Of a stretch of DNA of 64,000 nt, positions 22,087 to 32,253 are shown piece by piece. The notes beneath the pieces are model-generated. The model did not search any database and was not told the origin of the DNA. It saw nothing but the letters and a program-made list of their open reading frames with translations. The stretch spans positions 1-64,000 of the forward strand of contig CBFFRQ010000042.1 in assembly GCA_965644315.1 (NCBI GenBank), given 5' to 3'. The stretch comes from Caecitellus pseudoparvulus. Lineage: Eukaryota; Protista; Bigyra: Bicosoecida. The translations under genes and the position numbers were made by a program. Within the stretch, counting starts at the first letter, position 1. Each line of letters starts with the position of its first letter.

Positions 22087-23409
22087 TCACAGGGGCCCGT
22101 CCCACACGCGCTTCCACGTTTCAGCGCCGGCAGCCTTGGCGCGCCACACCACAGCGACCAGGACACAGGGCACGATGTACAGCAGGGCAGGCTGGGCCAG
22201 GTGCATGGTGAAGTTAGCAATGTATGTCAACAGAAGCCCGGCGGCGTACCCCCGCAGGCCGGCCCGGAACAGCGGGCGCCCAGACATGCCTCGCACCTCC
22301 TCCCAGCAACCAGCCGCCCAGCCAGCCAGGCCGGCATACACAGGCGGGTGCTGGGCGGTGTCCCCGTCACCATCGCTGTCTGACCCACTGGCGTGGGGTG
22401 TCGGCGAGGCGGGTGGCTGGTTCGGGGCCCGTGCCCCGCGCTCCAGCAGCCCGGCGGTCTCCTCAGCACTGCCCTGCTCTTGGTGCTGCTGTGCCGCGTC
22501 CCGTGGCGGGGCCAGAGCCCAGTCGGCACGGTACGCCATGGCCAGCAGCAGACCTGGCAGGGCGATGTCGCCCAGGCCCAGCATGGTGAAGCCAGCCATG
22601 TGCAGGCCCGCTGGCACGTCAGGCACCTCCCCCTCCCCCAGCCAGACGAACACTGGCAGCTGCAGCTTGTTGGGCATGTCCAAGTTCAGGGGGGGCAAGG
22701 AGTCAGCTGGGAGGGGGAGGGCCTTGGCCACTTCGTGCGCCGGGTTGGCGGGCGCCTGCTGTGCGACGTCCACCATGACGTTGCGTGAGAACAGCAGTGG
22801 GGACAGGAACACCCAGAAGACGTCGTAGACGAGCAGGCCGCAGAGGGCGACGGCGCCCACCTTCAGGGACGGCAGGCGCATGATGCCGATGAGGGACACT
22901 CCCAACGCGATGCCGAGCACGTTGGACACCAGCCAGCCGCCTGACAGCAGCCACAGCAAGCAGCACGCGACGCCCACCAGGGCAGCTACCGCATCACCCA
23001 CGGAGCAAGGGCAGCAAGAGCTGCACAGTGTGCTGTTGGCCAGGCTGTTGCGCGGACCTCTCTGGCAGGCAGCCGCGCCGAGGCTGGTCAAGCACGCAAA
23101 GACCAGTGGCCGTGCCGCGAAACTTGTGACAGACAAGCACACCGTCAAGAAGTACAGCACGAGCAGCAGCTGTGTGCTGCTGTAGGCAAAGAGCAAGAAC
23201 ATGCCCAGCAGCGCCACGCTGGCGAACACAGGCATCATGACTGCTGCCTGCAGGGTGACTGCAGGGGAGCGTGTTTCACTCGCGTTTCGTGCCGCGTCAC
23301 CCCGCCGCAGGACGCCATGCGCTGCCAGGGACATCATCGCACCGGCCACGATGCAGGCGATGGCCAGAAAGAACATGGCAACACTGGAGAGGTACGGGAG
23401 CAGGCCCAT
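22087..23409 (-). CDS. Signal peptide peptidase-like intramembrane aspartyl protease (A22B, SPPL3-like)
   Basis: YDVFWVF, MLGLGDIALPG and QPALLYIVP motifs. Confidence 0.92.
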   Translation of the reverse strand: MGLLPYLSSVAMFFLAIACIVAGAMMSLAAHGVLRRGDAARNASETRSPAVTLQAAVMMPVFASVALLGMFLLFAYSSTQLLLVLYFLTVCLSVTSFAARPLVFACLTSLGAAACQRGPRNSLANSTLCSSCCPCSVGDAVAALVGVACCLLWLLSGGWLVSNVLGIALGVSLIGIMRLPSLKVGAVALCGLLVYDVFWVFLSPLLFSRNVMVDVAQQAPANPAHEVAKALPLPADSLPPLNLDMPNKLQLPVFVWLGEGEVPDVPAGLHMAGFTMLGLGDIALPGLLLAMAYRADWALAPPRDAAQQHQEQGSAEETAGLLERGARAPNQPPASPTPHASGSDSDGDGDTAQHPPVYAGLAGWAAGCWEEVRGMSGRPLFRAGLRGYAAGLLLTYIANFTMHLAQPALLYIVPCVLVAVVWRAKAAGAETWKRVWDGPL

Positions 23410-23573
23410 GTCGACGGTCTTGCGCTTGCACGACACCGCCAAGTGGCTGACCCCAAGTCGCTGCGGTCGCCGGGCGTGGCAGCCGAGGCGCTGCTGCGCC
23501 TGGAACGTGAATTGACACTGACCTCGGCAGCCTCAGAAACCACACGAAACAATTGGTTGTGCCCGTTGGGGCA

Positions 23574-25955
23574 TCATGCTGCAGGCTGCGTAGAGCCGCC
23601 TGACACCATGGCCACCAGGTCCGAAGACAGCACTCCCACACAATCCGAGAAGGTGATGTGGTTGTTGTTGTAGGGGTCCACTGCAGCCAGCAACTCGTCC
23701 ACCTCTGCGTCCGACTTGCCCTGCACGGCTTCCTTGACCACCTTCCGGAACTCCACCTCGTTCACCACGCCATTGCCATCGGTGTCGGCGGCGCGGAACA
23801 CCTTGCGGAAACGGGCCAGGAACTTCTCGTGCCCGCGCAGCTGGAAGTCCAGCAGGATCTTCAGCAGCGCGTCATACGCGATGCGCCCCTTGGCCACGGC
23901 GGCAGCTGCTGCGGCGGCGGGGCCCGTGGGCTCTGCGCCCCGCCGAGGTCTGCGTGGACCACGCCCCCCCCCAGCAGCCGCCTCCTCTGCCGACTTGCTC
24001 TCCAGCTCAGGTGGGTTGGCGATCTCTGGCTTGGTGGCAATGGTGGTGCGCACGAGGTTGATGAGGGTGGCGGCGTCCTCGTCGGAGTACATGTACCGGA
24101 TGATCTCCACCCACTCCGCCTCCACCACATGCCCCGTCAGCCGGCTGCGCATCAGGCGACCGATGGCGCTGTCCGGCTTCATGGGGTGCTTCCCCTTCAG
24201 GTACACGCGCAGGAGCTCGGACACGGTGTTCTTCAGCTGGCGCTGCACGAGGCGGAACTCCTCGTCGATGTCATTGCGCAGGATGCAGCCGAAGACACGC
24301 ACGTCGTTGTCGCTGTCGGAGTAGGCGTTCACGCCGCGGATGATGGCGCTGGCGTGCTCGATGATGAGGCGCTTCAGGCCGTACTTCTGGTTCAGGAACG
24401 TGTACATGTGCTGCTCCATCGTCTCCCGCGGCAGCTTGCTGGCGTCGCACTTGGCGTCAAACTTCACCTTGCTCGCGTACATCGCGTCGATCACCTCCCG
24501 CAGCTGGTTCAGGGTCAGCGTCCGCGCCGTGCTGGCATCCTCCTCCTGCGTGGGGGAGTCCCCTCGCCGAGTTGGGGACCCGCCCCCCCGACCTGCCCCC
24601 GCAGCTGCCGGCGCGGGCGGCGGTGACGCCACCATGGCTGTGCCTGCACTCGCACTGCCGCGGGCGCTGGAGCTGGCGTGTGCACGGGCGGTGCCCAGCT
24701 GCTGCTCCAGCTGCTTCACCCGGATGCGCAGCTCTGCGTTCTCCCGTGACAGCACGCGCTTGTCAGCCAGCAAGCTGTCGCGCTCCTCTGTGATCTCGGC
24801 AGCCATGCTGTCCTTCTCACTGCGCAGCTTGGTCACCTCCCGCTCCAGGGACTCGGCTGCCCGCAGCAGCTGAGCTGTCTTGCGGGAGGCAGTGTTGGCT
24901 GCCTCCTGCGCCTCACCCACGCGGGCAGCGTAGTACGGGTGCACGTCTTCGATGATGCCAGGGAACTCCTTGAACAGGCCAGTGTGCACTTTGCGCAGCT
25001 GGCGCAGGGAGGCGCTCAGGCCGGTGTTGCTCCCAACCGCCTCCAGCGCAGCTGAGAAGCAGACGTCGTACAGATCGAACTTGGCTGAGAGGATGGCACT
25101 CTGCCGGGAGATGGGGTCCTCCAGCGTCCCCAGCAGTGCGCTCAACCCCTTCACGACGCCAGACACGTGGCTGTCGAAGGCGCTTGTCAGCCGGGCGTCT
25201 GTCCCGGGGGGGTCGTCCCCCACCAAGCTCTTGATGGCGCCAAACAGCACTGCCACGTCAGAGAGGTCCTTCTCCGAGATGGTGATTTCCCGAGACACCA
25301 CGGAGGGGCGCGGCACCGGCGCCGCCCCCCCTGCGCCCGGTGGGGAAGGGGGGGAAGCGCCCGTTGACGGCTGGGGCTCAGCAGGTGCCCCCGCCTGCTG
25401 CCCTGCAGCCACACGCAGAGTGACCGTTTCAGGGAGCCCTGCTGCGAGCTCCTGCAGCTGCTCGTCAGGCATGCCTGACACCATCACGGTCTGCAGGGCA
25501 GGCAGCGACGCCAGCCCGGAGCTGACGCTGGAAGCACTCCTGTGCAAGGGGGGAGAGGTGAGGAGTGCCGACGCCGCCGTGCATCGGTGCCAAGCCATGG
25601 CGGCACGCACTTGATGTTGTTCAGGGTCAGGTCGATGTGGGCCAGCTGCTTGTAGGCGCTCAAGTCCCGGGGCAGTGCCGTCAGGGTGTTGCGGCTCAAG
25701 TCCAGTGCACTGCGAGGGACGCCACGTAAAGAGCACCAGGTGCAACTCCGAGGCGACAGGTCGCCATCACGCCCGGCCAGCACCACGCACACAACATCCT
25801 TCGGAATGCTGCCCAGCAAGGGGTGCAGGTCTGTCACCCGCTGCCCTGAGAAGGAAATGCTCTGTGTCGGCGCGCAGGCGTGGCGAGTGTCAACTTCCGC
25901 AGCTGCACCATCGCCCGGTCCATAGCGAGCAGCGCCGTCCGCCACGCACCGCCAT
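23574..25955 (-). CDS. LRR + coiled-coil (TSNAXIP1-like) + EF-hand protein; 4 exons
   Basis: Introns 25862-25949, 25710-25790 and 25540-25610; ALDLSRNTLTALP LRR; PRETMEQHMYTFLNQKYGLK; EF hands DTDGNGVVNEVEF and DPYNNNHITFSD. Confidence 0.7.
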
Positions 25956-26322
25956 GCTGGGTCTCGAACAAGGCCAGGGGACGGCTGCACTGCTGCACCG
26001 CCTGGCTCGCCCAGAGCTTCCTCTGGCAGGCCCGTCGACGGCTGCCCTGGCTGCAACAACTACGGAGCTGGTGCAATGAGACCAGCAAGCTGCTGTAGCC
26101 TGAGCGCCTAAGGGGTGTGCGGAGTGGAGACGTTCTAAGAATGGCCCTGCACATGCCAGCACGAGGTCGTTTGTTCATGGAGTGTGGTGGGCAGGGCGAA
26201 CTGTGCGCCGGCGGCAATAGGCCGCGCAGGCCGTGCTCGCAGGCACATTCGACCTTCCAGGCAACTCTGCAGCCCAACTCTGGACAACACGACGCTGATC
26301 GGCCACCTACCCGGCGCCAGCC

Positions 26323-27620
26323 ATGGCGGACCACGCAAAGAAACTGGGCGGAAGCGATCGCCCTGGCCTTCCTCCAGCTCCTGCAGCACCCACATGGGCC
26401 AAAGACGTGTGTCTAGTGCGCAGTCGGCGCTGCAGTGGCACCGGGTGTGGCTAAAATTCCGCACGCTCCCGCAGGCGACCGCACGGCCCTGCCTGCTCCC
26501 CCCGCTCCCAGGAGTACTTTGACGGGGACCCAGAGAAAGATGAAACTGTCACCTACAAAGCACCTCACGCACGGGCGCCCCTGACCCGCGTGTTGAACCT
26601 CATCACCACGTTCATCCTGGTGAGACCGCCGCACAGAACGTGGCCTGGAAGCGCTGCAGGCGCCACCTCCCCCGCCTGCCCCTCGCGCCTGCCCAGGTGC
26701 ACTACCTCTTCTGGTGGCCCGCCATGCTGACTGCCTTTGCGTTCATGCATTTCGTCCTGGACGTGTGGTGGGCAAAGTGGGTGTGCGTGGCGTTTCACGC
26801 CGTGTACTTCCCCCTCGCCTTCGACGGCACGGAGCGCAAGACCGGCAAGGGCTGGGACCTGGCCCGCATGGCCAAGTACTGGCTGGCTGCCCACGACTAC
26901 GCCATGCTGGAGGTGCGCCGCACCGCCAAGCTGGACCCCTCCCGGCAGTACTTCTTCGCCTGGTTCCCCCACGCCATCCTCGTCCTCTCCCGCATCTCCG
27001 TGTACGGCGGCATCTTCGAGCGCCTGTTCCCAGGCGTGCAGCACCGCACCCTGGGCGCGACGCCCATGTTCTACTTCCCCTTCTGCCGGGACTTCTCCAT
27101 GTGGATGGGGGCGGTGGACGCAGGCAAGCGCACAGCAGCCAAGGTGCTGCAGGCGGGTTACTCCCTCATGGTCTTCCCCGGCGGCTCCCGAGAGATCTTC
27201 ACGACAGACCCCAACAGCACTGACGTGACCTTCGTCCTGAACTGCCGCAAGGGCTTCGTGAAGCTCGCGCTCAAACACGGCGTGGACCTCGTGCCCGTCG
27301 TGGTGTACGGCGAGAAGTTCGTCTACTCCCGCTGGCTGGCCCCCGACTGGCTCGTGAACTTCTGCCTCAAGGCCTTCAGGGGCATGCCCATGCTCATCTT
27401 CTGGGGCCGCTTCTTCACCCTGCTGCCCTACCGCACTCCCATGCGCGTCGTGTACGGCGCGCCCATCCGCGTGGACGCCGTGGAAGACCCGACCCAGGAG
27501 CAGATTGACGAGTTGCACGCCGCCTACGGGGAGGCTCTGCAGAAGCTGTGGCATGAGCACAAGGTGTGGGGCTACGGCAGCAAGGAGGTTGCGGACAAGG
27601 AGACGCTGATCATCAAGTAA
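26323..27620 (+). CDS. DGAT2: DGAT2/MOGAT-family acyltransferase; 3 exons
   Basis: FPHA (HPHG variant), VFPGGSRE, RKGFVKLALKHGVDLVPVVVYGE, VVYGAPI; GT-AG introns near 26407-26511 and 26620-26696. Confidence 0.88.
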
Positions 27621-27835
27621 GCTCAGCGGCAGACCCTTCCAGCATGCATGTTGTGCCGAGGCCTGCGCACCAAGCGCGGCTTCACGCCAAATCCATCAAC
27701 CACAAGAGCCGCTGCGATAGATCTGACCGGAAAGCACTGGATCAGGCGCTGAGAGCAAGCCTCGGGCCCTGCGCTGCAAGGGAGAGGCCCTAGACAGGCC
27801 GCGTTTCGCCCGCGTTTCCCGCATCCTGCCACGCC

Positions 27836-29767
27836 ATGCAGGCTGCTGTCGAGGCGGCAGCGACGAGTATCGGCGTTGGAAAGACGCCTGACTTCACACC
27901 ATTGCTAGAGGGCTTTGGGCTGCAGGCGCTCTTCAGCTCCCTTGCCACTGCTACTGGCGACTTCAAGCGGCGGCTTCACCTGGTGCTGACGGAGCTTCTG
28001 CAGTCAGACGCGTGCCTGCCTCTGACAACTTCCCCTGAGGCCTTACCCACGTGGGCGGCTGCCCTAAGCCCCGAATCCACGGAAGATGCCCAACTCATTG
28101 CGCTGCACAGCCTGCAGCAGCTCGTGCTGAGGCATGCCTGCACAGTGTCGCTCATCAGCGGCAGGGAAAGCCTGGTTCCCAGCATCGTGGCAGGGCTGGC
28201 GTCCGAGAGCACCAAGGTCGGGCAGGCCACAGTGCAGTGCCTGCGAGCAGCCGCCCTTGCCCTGCAGGGGGATGCTCCAGCCCTGTCCTCCCTTGTGGCA
28301 GCTCTGGCAAGCGCTGCAGACGGCGGCGTCGCCGGCCCTCGCAAGCACCACGCCTTGCTGGCGCTGGCCGGAGACGCCTCGCACACCGCCACCGTGCTGC
28401 AGGAAGGAGGGCATCTGCAGGTCGTGTTCTCGGCACTGTCCCCTGCCGACCCCCTGGCCGCCCTGGCCGTCCTGGAGGACGTGTGGCACCTGGCTCGCAG
28501 CGTGGGCGGCCTCCGTGCGGCGCTGTGCGCTGGTGCTGACACGCCGCCGCCCCTGCACGCCCTCCTGGCACTAGCTGGCGCCACGCCCCCGCCCCCCGCC
28601 TCGGCTAGTGCCCTGCCCACTCTCCAGCTGTCCTCGCCTGCAGCAAGTGCTGACTGCGATCCGTTCCTGGGCCCCGCCGCGCTCAGTGCGGCCGCTGCGT
28701 GTGTGCGGACGGGGGTGCAGACGTGCCTGTCTGCCGTCGCGGGGCGCACTGCCAACGCTGACGCCCTGCAGACCTGCCCCTCCACCAGCGCGGTGGCCGA
28801 CACCCTGCGGCCTCTCCTGGGCGTGGGCCGTGCTGTACTGGACACCTCTGTGGCGTGGCTGCAGGGTGGCGCGGAGGCGGCGCCAGCACTGCAGGCAATC
28901 GGGGATGCTTGCGGTGCTCACCCACTCCTTCTGGCTGCAGTGTGCGCATCGCCACTTGCTGTGTCGGCTCTGGCCGGGGCCCTGGTCAGTCGGGACGACT
29001 CCGTGCGCGATGCGGCTCTGCACGCGATCGCCCACATCCTGGCCAGCGCCAGCCAAATGGGACACGCACTGGGGGTCCCCGGGCCCAGGCTGCCTGCCGA
29101 CGCGACACCACAAAGCGCCGAGTCGTCGTGGTTCGAGACTGCGCTGCTCTCACTCCAAGCCGCGGCAGGGGACGGCGCGGGCGCCGACACAGGCGCCGCC
29201 GACGCAGCACCTTCCCCTGCCGCCGCCAAGCCGGCGAGCCTGGGAGACGCGGCCTCTGTTGCCAGCGATCCGCCAGGGGATGGCACAGGAGGGGGTGATG
29301 GCCTCCTCCCCTCCCAAGTGGCCAGCCTGCCCCTTCTACTGAGCGACGGAGCACAGCGCCTGGTGCGGCACGTGGAGGCTGCCATGGCCAGGGCGGCGCC
29401 CGGCGACGCGAGCAAGGCTGGCCTCGTGCCTCTGAGCCATGGGTGCATCGTTGCGCCGTTTCCAGGCCCGAATGACGCTGGCTACGCCCTGCTCGCAGCG
29501 CTGCTGGCGCAGCCCACGTCGTGGGGCGTGCAGTGTCTTCTGCACAGCAGTGCCGACTTCACCTCTTGGCTCACAGCGCCGCCCGCGTCCACACTGACCG
29601 CCATGGTGCATCGGCGGCGCGTCAGCCTGCTCCGCGGCATCTTGAGCCACCCGCAGGCCATGGAAGCAGCAGGCGCGGCGTTGCTAGAGGCCCTGGCGAG
29701 CTCTGCGGCCATGGCGGAGAGCGGCAAGGCGGCGCATGACCCGGGCGTGGCGTCAGCGGCCATGTAG
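27836..29767 (+). CDS. 26S proteasome assembly chaperone PSMD5/S5b-like ARM-repeat protein
   Basis: SPADPLAALAVLEDVWHLARSVGG and PFPGPNDAGYALLAALLAQPTSWG...FTSWL resemble conserved PSMD5 blocks. Confidence 0.6.
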   Translation: MQAAVEAAATSIGVGKTPDFTPLLEGFGLQALFSSLATATGDFKRRLHLVLTELLQSDACLPLTTSPEALPTWAAALSPESTEDAQLIALHSLQQLVLRHACTVSLISGRESLVPSIVAGLASESTKVGQATVQCLRAAALALQGDAPALSSLVAALASAADGGVAGPRKHHALLALAGDASHTATVLQEGGHLQVVFSALSPADPLAALAVLEDVWHLARSVGGLRAALCAGADTPPPLHALLALAGATPPPPASASALPTLQLSSPAASADCDPFLGPAALSAAAACVRTGVQTCLSAVAGRTANADALQTCPSTSAVADTLRPLLGVGRAVLDTSVAWLQGGAEAAPALQAIGDACGAHPLLLAAVCASPLAVSALAGALVSRDDSVRDAALHAIAHILASASQMGHALGVPGPRLPADATPQSAESSWFETALLSLQAAAGDGAGADTGAADAAPSPAAAKPASLGDAASVASDPPGDGTGGGDGLLPSQVASLPLLLSDGAQRLVRHVEAAMARAAPGDASKAGLVPLSHGCIVAPFPGPNDAGYALLAALLAQPTSWGVQCLLHSSADFTSWLTAPPASTLTAMVHRRRVSLLRGILSHPQAMEAAGAALLEALASSAAMAESGKAAHDPGVASAAM

Positions 29768-29808
29768 CCCTGCCCAACAAGCACACATGTCGGTGCAGGA
29801 ATGAGAAG

Positions 29809-29816
29809 AATGCATT
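29809..29816. terminator. Palindromic AATGCATT at a convergent junction (candidate bidirectional 3'-end signal)
   Basis: Mid-way between the PSMD5-like stop (29767) and the CDPK stop (29849). Confidence 0.5.
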
Positions 29817-29848
29817 GTCAGGTACACAACAGGCAGGGGAGGGTGGGC

Positions 29849-31770
29849 TCACGCAGAGGAGATCTTGTACTTCAAGTCCTTGGGCAGGAGCATCTTCAGG
29901 AACTCCTGGTAGTTGATCATGCCGTCGCCGTCTGCGTCGTACTCTGCGATGTACTGCTTGATTTTCTCATCCGGCTCGTCCTTCAGCACCTGGCGCAGCT
30001 CCTCGACAGAGATCTGCCCTGAGCCGTCCGTGTCCATCTCCACAAAGGCCCACCAGATGTGCTGCTGGTGGTGCACGAGCTGGCGCTCGGCAGTGGCCAC
30101 GAGGAACTCCTCGTAGGAGATGACACCATCTCCGTCAATGTCCAGCTGCTCCATCAGCGCCTGGACGTCGGTCGTCTCCTTCAGCTCCAGCTTGTCCAGG
30201 GCCACAGACAGCTCGTCCAGGGTGATGGTGCCGGTGTTGTCCACGTCCACGTCGTGGAAGGTCTTGCGCAGCTTCTGCACGTCGGCCGCCGACAGCGTGC
30301 TGGCGATCATCTTCAGCGCCTGCTTCTTGAACTGGTTCTTTTTGTTGAAGCTGTACATGGCCATGACCACGCTGCGGTCAATGGGCTCGGAGGAGGCGGC
30401 CTCGCCAGACACCCACGGGTGTGCCAGCACCTGCTCCAGGGTGTACCGCTTGGAGGGGTCCTTCTCCAGCAGCCCCACCACGAGCTCCCGTGCTGCGGCA
30501 GAGATGGAGCCCCACTCGCTGCCGTCCATGCGCAGGGGGTCGCGTTGGATGGCGTGGTACACCTGCACTTCCTCCTCCGCGTCGGCGCCGAAGGGCACGG
30601 TGCCAGACAGGAGCAGGAACAGAATGACGCCCAGAGACCACACGTCGGCAGCCAGAGTGTAGCGTCGCAGGAAGACCTCGGGCGCGATGTAGTACGCAGA
30701 GCCACACGCGTCCCGGATGATGGAGTCGGGCGTGGGCACGTACGTGCTCAAGCCGAAGTCAGTCAGCTTCAAAGACGAGTCGTCATCGGGGCTGCCCAGC
30801 AAGTAGTTCTCGGGCTTCAAGTCCCGGTGCACGACGTGGTTGGCGTGGCAGTGCATGAGGCCAGTCACCATCTGCTTGAAATACTTGGCAGCCACCTTCT
30901 CGCTGAACACCTGCTCATCAATGATGCGGTTCATCAGCTCGCCGCCAGTGCACAGCTCCATGACAAGGTAGAAGTTCTTGCGGTCTTCGAAGGTCTCGAT
31001 CAGCTCCACCTGCGCACCAGCGGGGAGATACGTGCACTTCCCTGCAGTTACACGCGCGACGTCGCTTGCGACGAAACACGGCAGCGAGCAACTCACGACG
31101 TTGGGGTGCCCCCTCACGCGGTACATGAGCTCCACCTCGTTCTTCACATTGTCTTCATCGTCCCCAGCGAACTTGAGCTTGGAGATGATCTTCACAGCAA
31201 CCCTGCGACGGAGCACGGCGAGAGGTTGCCTTGCCGTGCCGGCGTTTCAGGGTGCAGCACCAGCAGCAGCGGCACCCCCACACGCACTTGTGTCCGTCCG
31301 TCTTCCGAGTCGCTGCCTGCACCTCTCCGAAGCCACCTTTGCCCAGCACTGGTCCAAAGTCGTAGTAGTCTGCGATGCGCCCCTTCGTGGCTGCTTTGCG
31401 CCCACGAGCCTTGCCACTTGACGCTGCGCCGCTCCCGGCGCCGGACGCGGCAGCTGGTGCTGGCGCTGGTGCAGGAGCTGGTGCAGGCTCGGCAGCCTGC
31501 TTAGTCGCTGGTGCAGGTGCAGGTGCAGGTGCTGGTGATGGTGCCGGTGCTGAGACCGCTGTGCAAAGCAGGCGTGGGGGTTGACGTGGCGCAGCGATGG
31601 TTTCCCGCCTTGCAGCTCGCCGACGCACCCTCCTTGCTCTCCTCCATGTGAGAGGGCTTCACGAGCGATGCCGAGGCGGCATCGCCAGGGCTATCAAGCT
31701 TGCCATGAAAGGACTCTGGCGCGGGCGCGGGCTCGGGCTCCACTGCCTGCTTGGACCCGGAGCAGCCCAT
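29849..31770 (-). CDS. CDPK: Calcium-dependent protein kinase (kinase plus 4 EF hands, N-myristoylation motif); 4 exons
   Basis: MGCSGSK start; LGKGGFG, VAVK, HRDLKPEN, DFG, YIAPE; four EF loops; introns 31559-31628, about 31203-31287 and 31010-31096. Confidence 0.95.
31450..31550 (-). repeat. Hexamer (Pro-Ala)n coding repeat in the CDPK variable N-terminus
   Basis: Tandem GGTGCA/GGTGCT units on the + strand encoding APAPAPAP. Confidence 0.8.
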
Positions 31771-32253
31771 GTCGCACAAGCCGGCTGCTGTGCAGCTGTG
31801 ACCCCCGCACGGGTGTCAGGCCGTTCACCACGGGCACGGGGCCGCAGGGGCGGAGGCAAAAGAGATGCAAAGGTCGGAAGGTACGTTTGCACTGGGGCGC
31901 CAGGTGTGCTACGGCGAAGTGGTGTTTGTTGTGTGCCACCATCTGTGTGCTCGAGCAGCCACGGTGCCCAGCTGCGGTGAGTGTGCAAAAAACGCACCCC
32001 CACGAGAGAGCTGCGAGTTTCAACCCCGCCGACGGGGCCTGCAGTTTTGGCGCCGCGCCTGCAGTGCAGCAGTGGGGGTTGTGTAGAGCAGGAGTGGCCC
32101 GGGGCTGCTGGCTGCGCAGGCGGAAATTGCTCCCCCTGCCTGCTGCCATTGCCAAGTTGCCCGGCTGCCTGCGGGCCTGCCTTTGCCTGACGCTTCTCAA
32201 GCGTGGTGCTGAGAGACAAAGGCTTCTCCGGAATCCCTTGGTGAACGCTCACA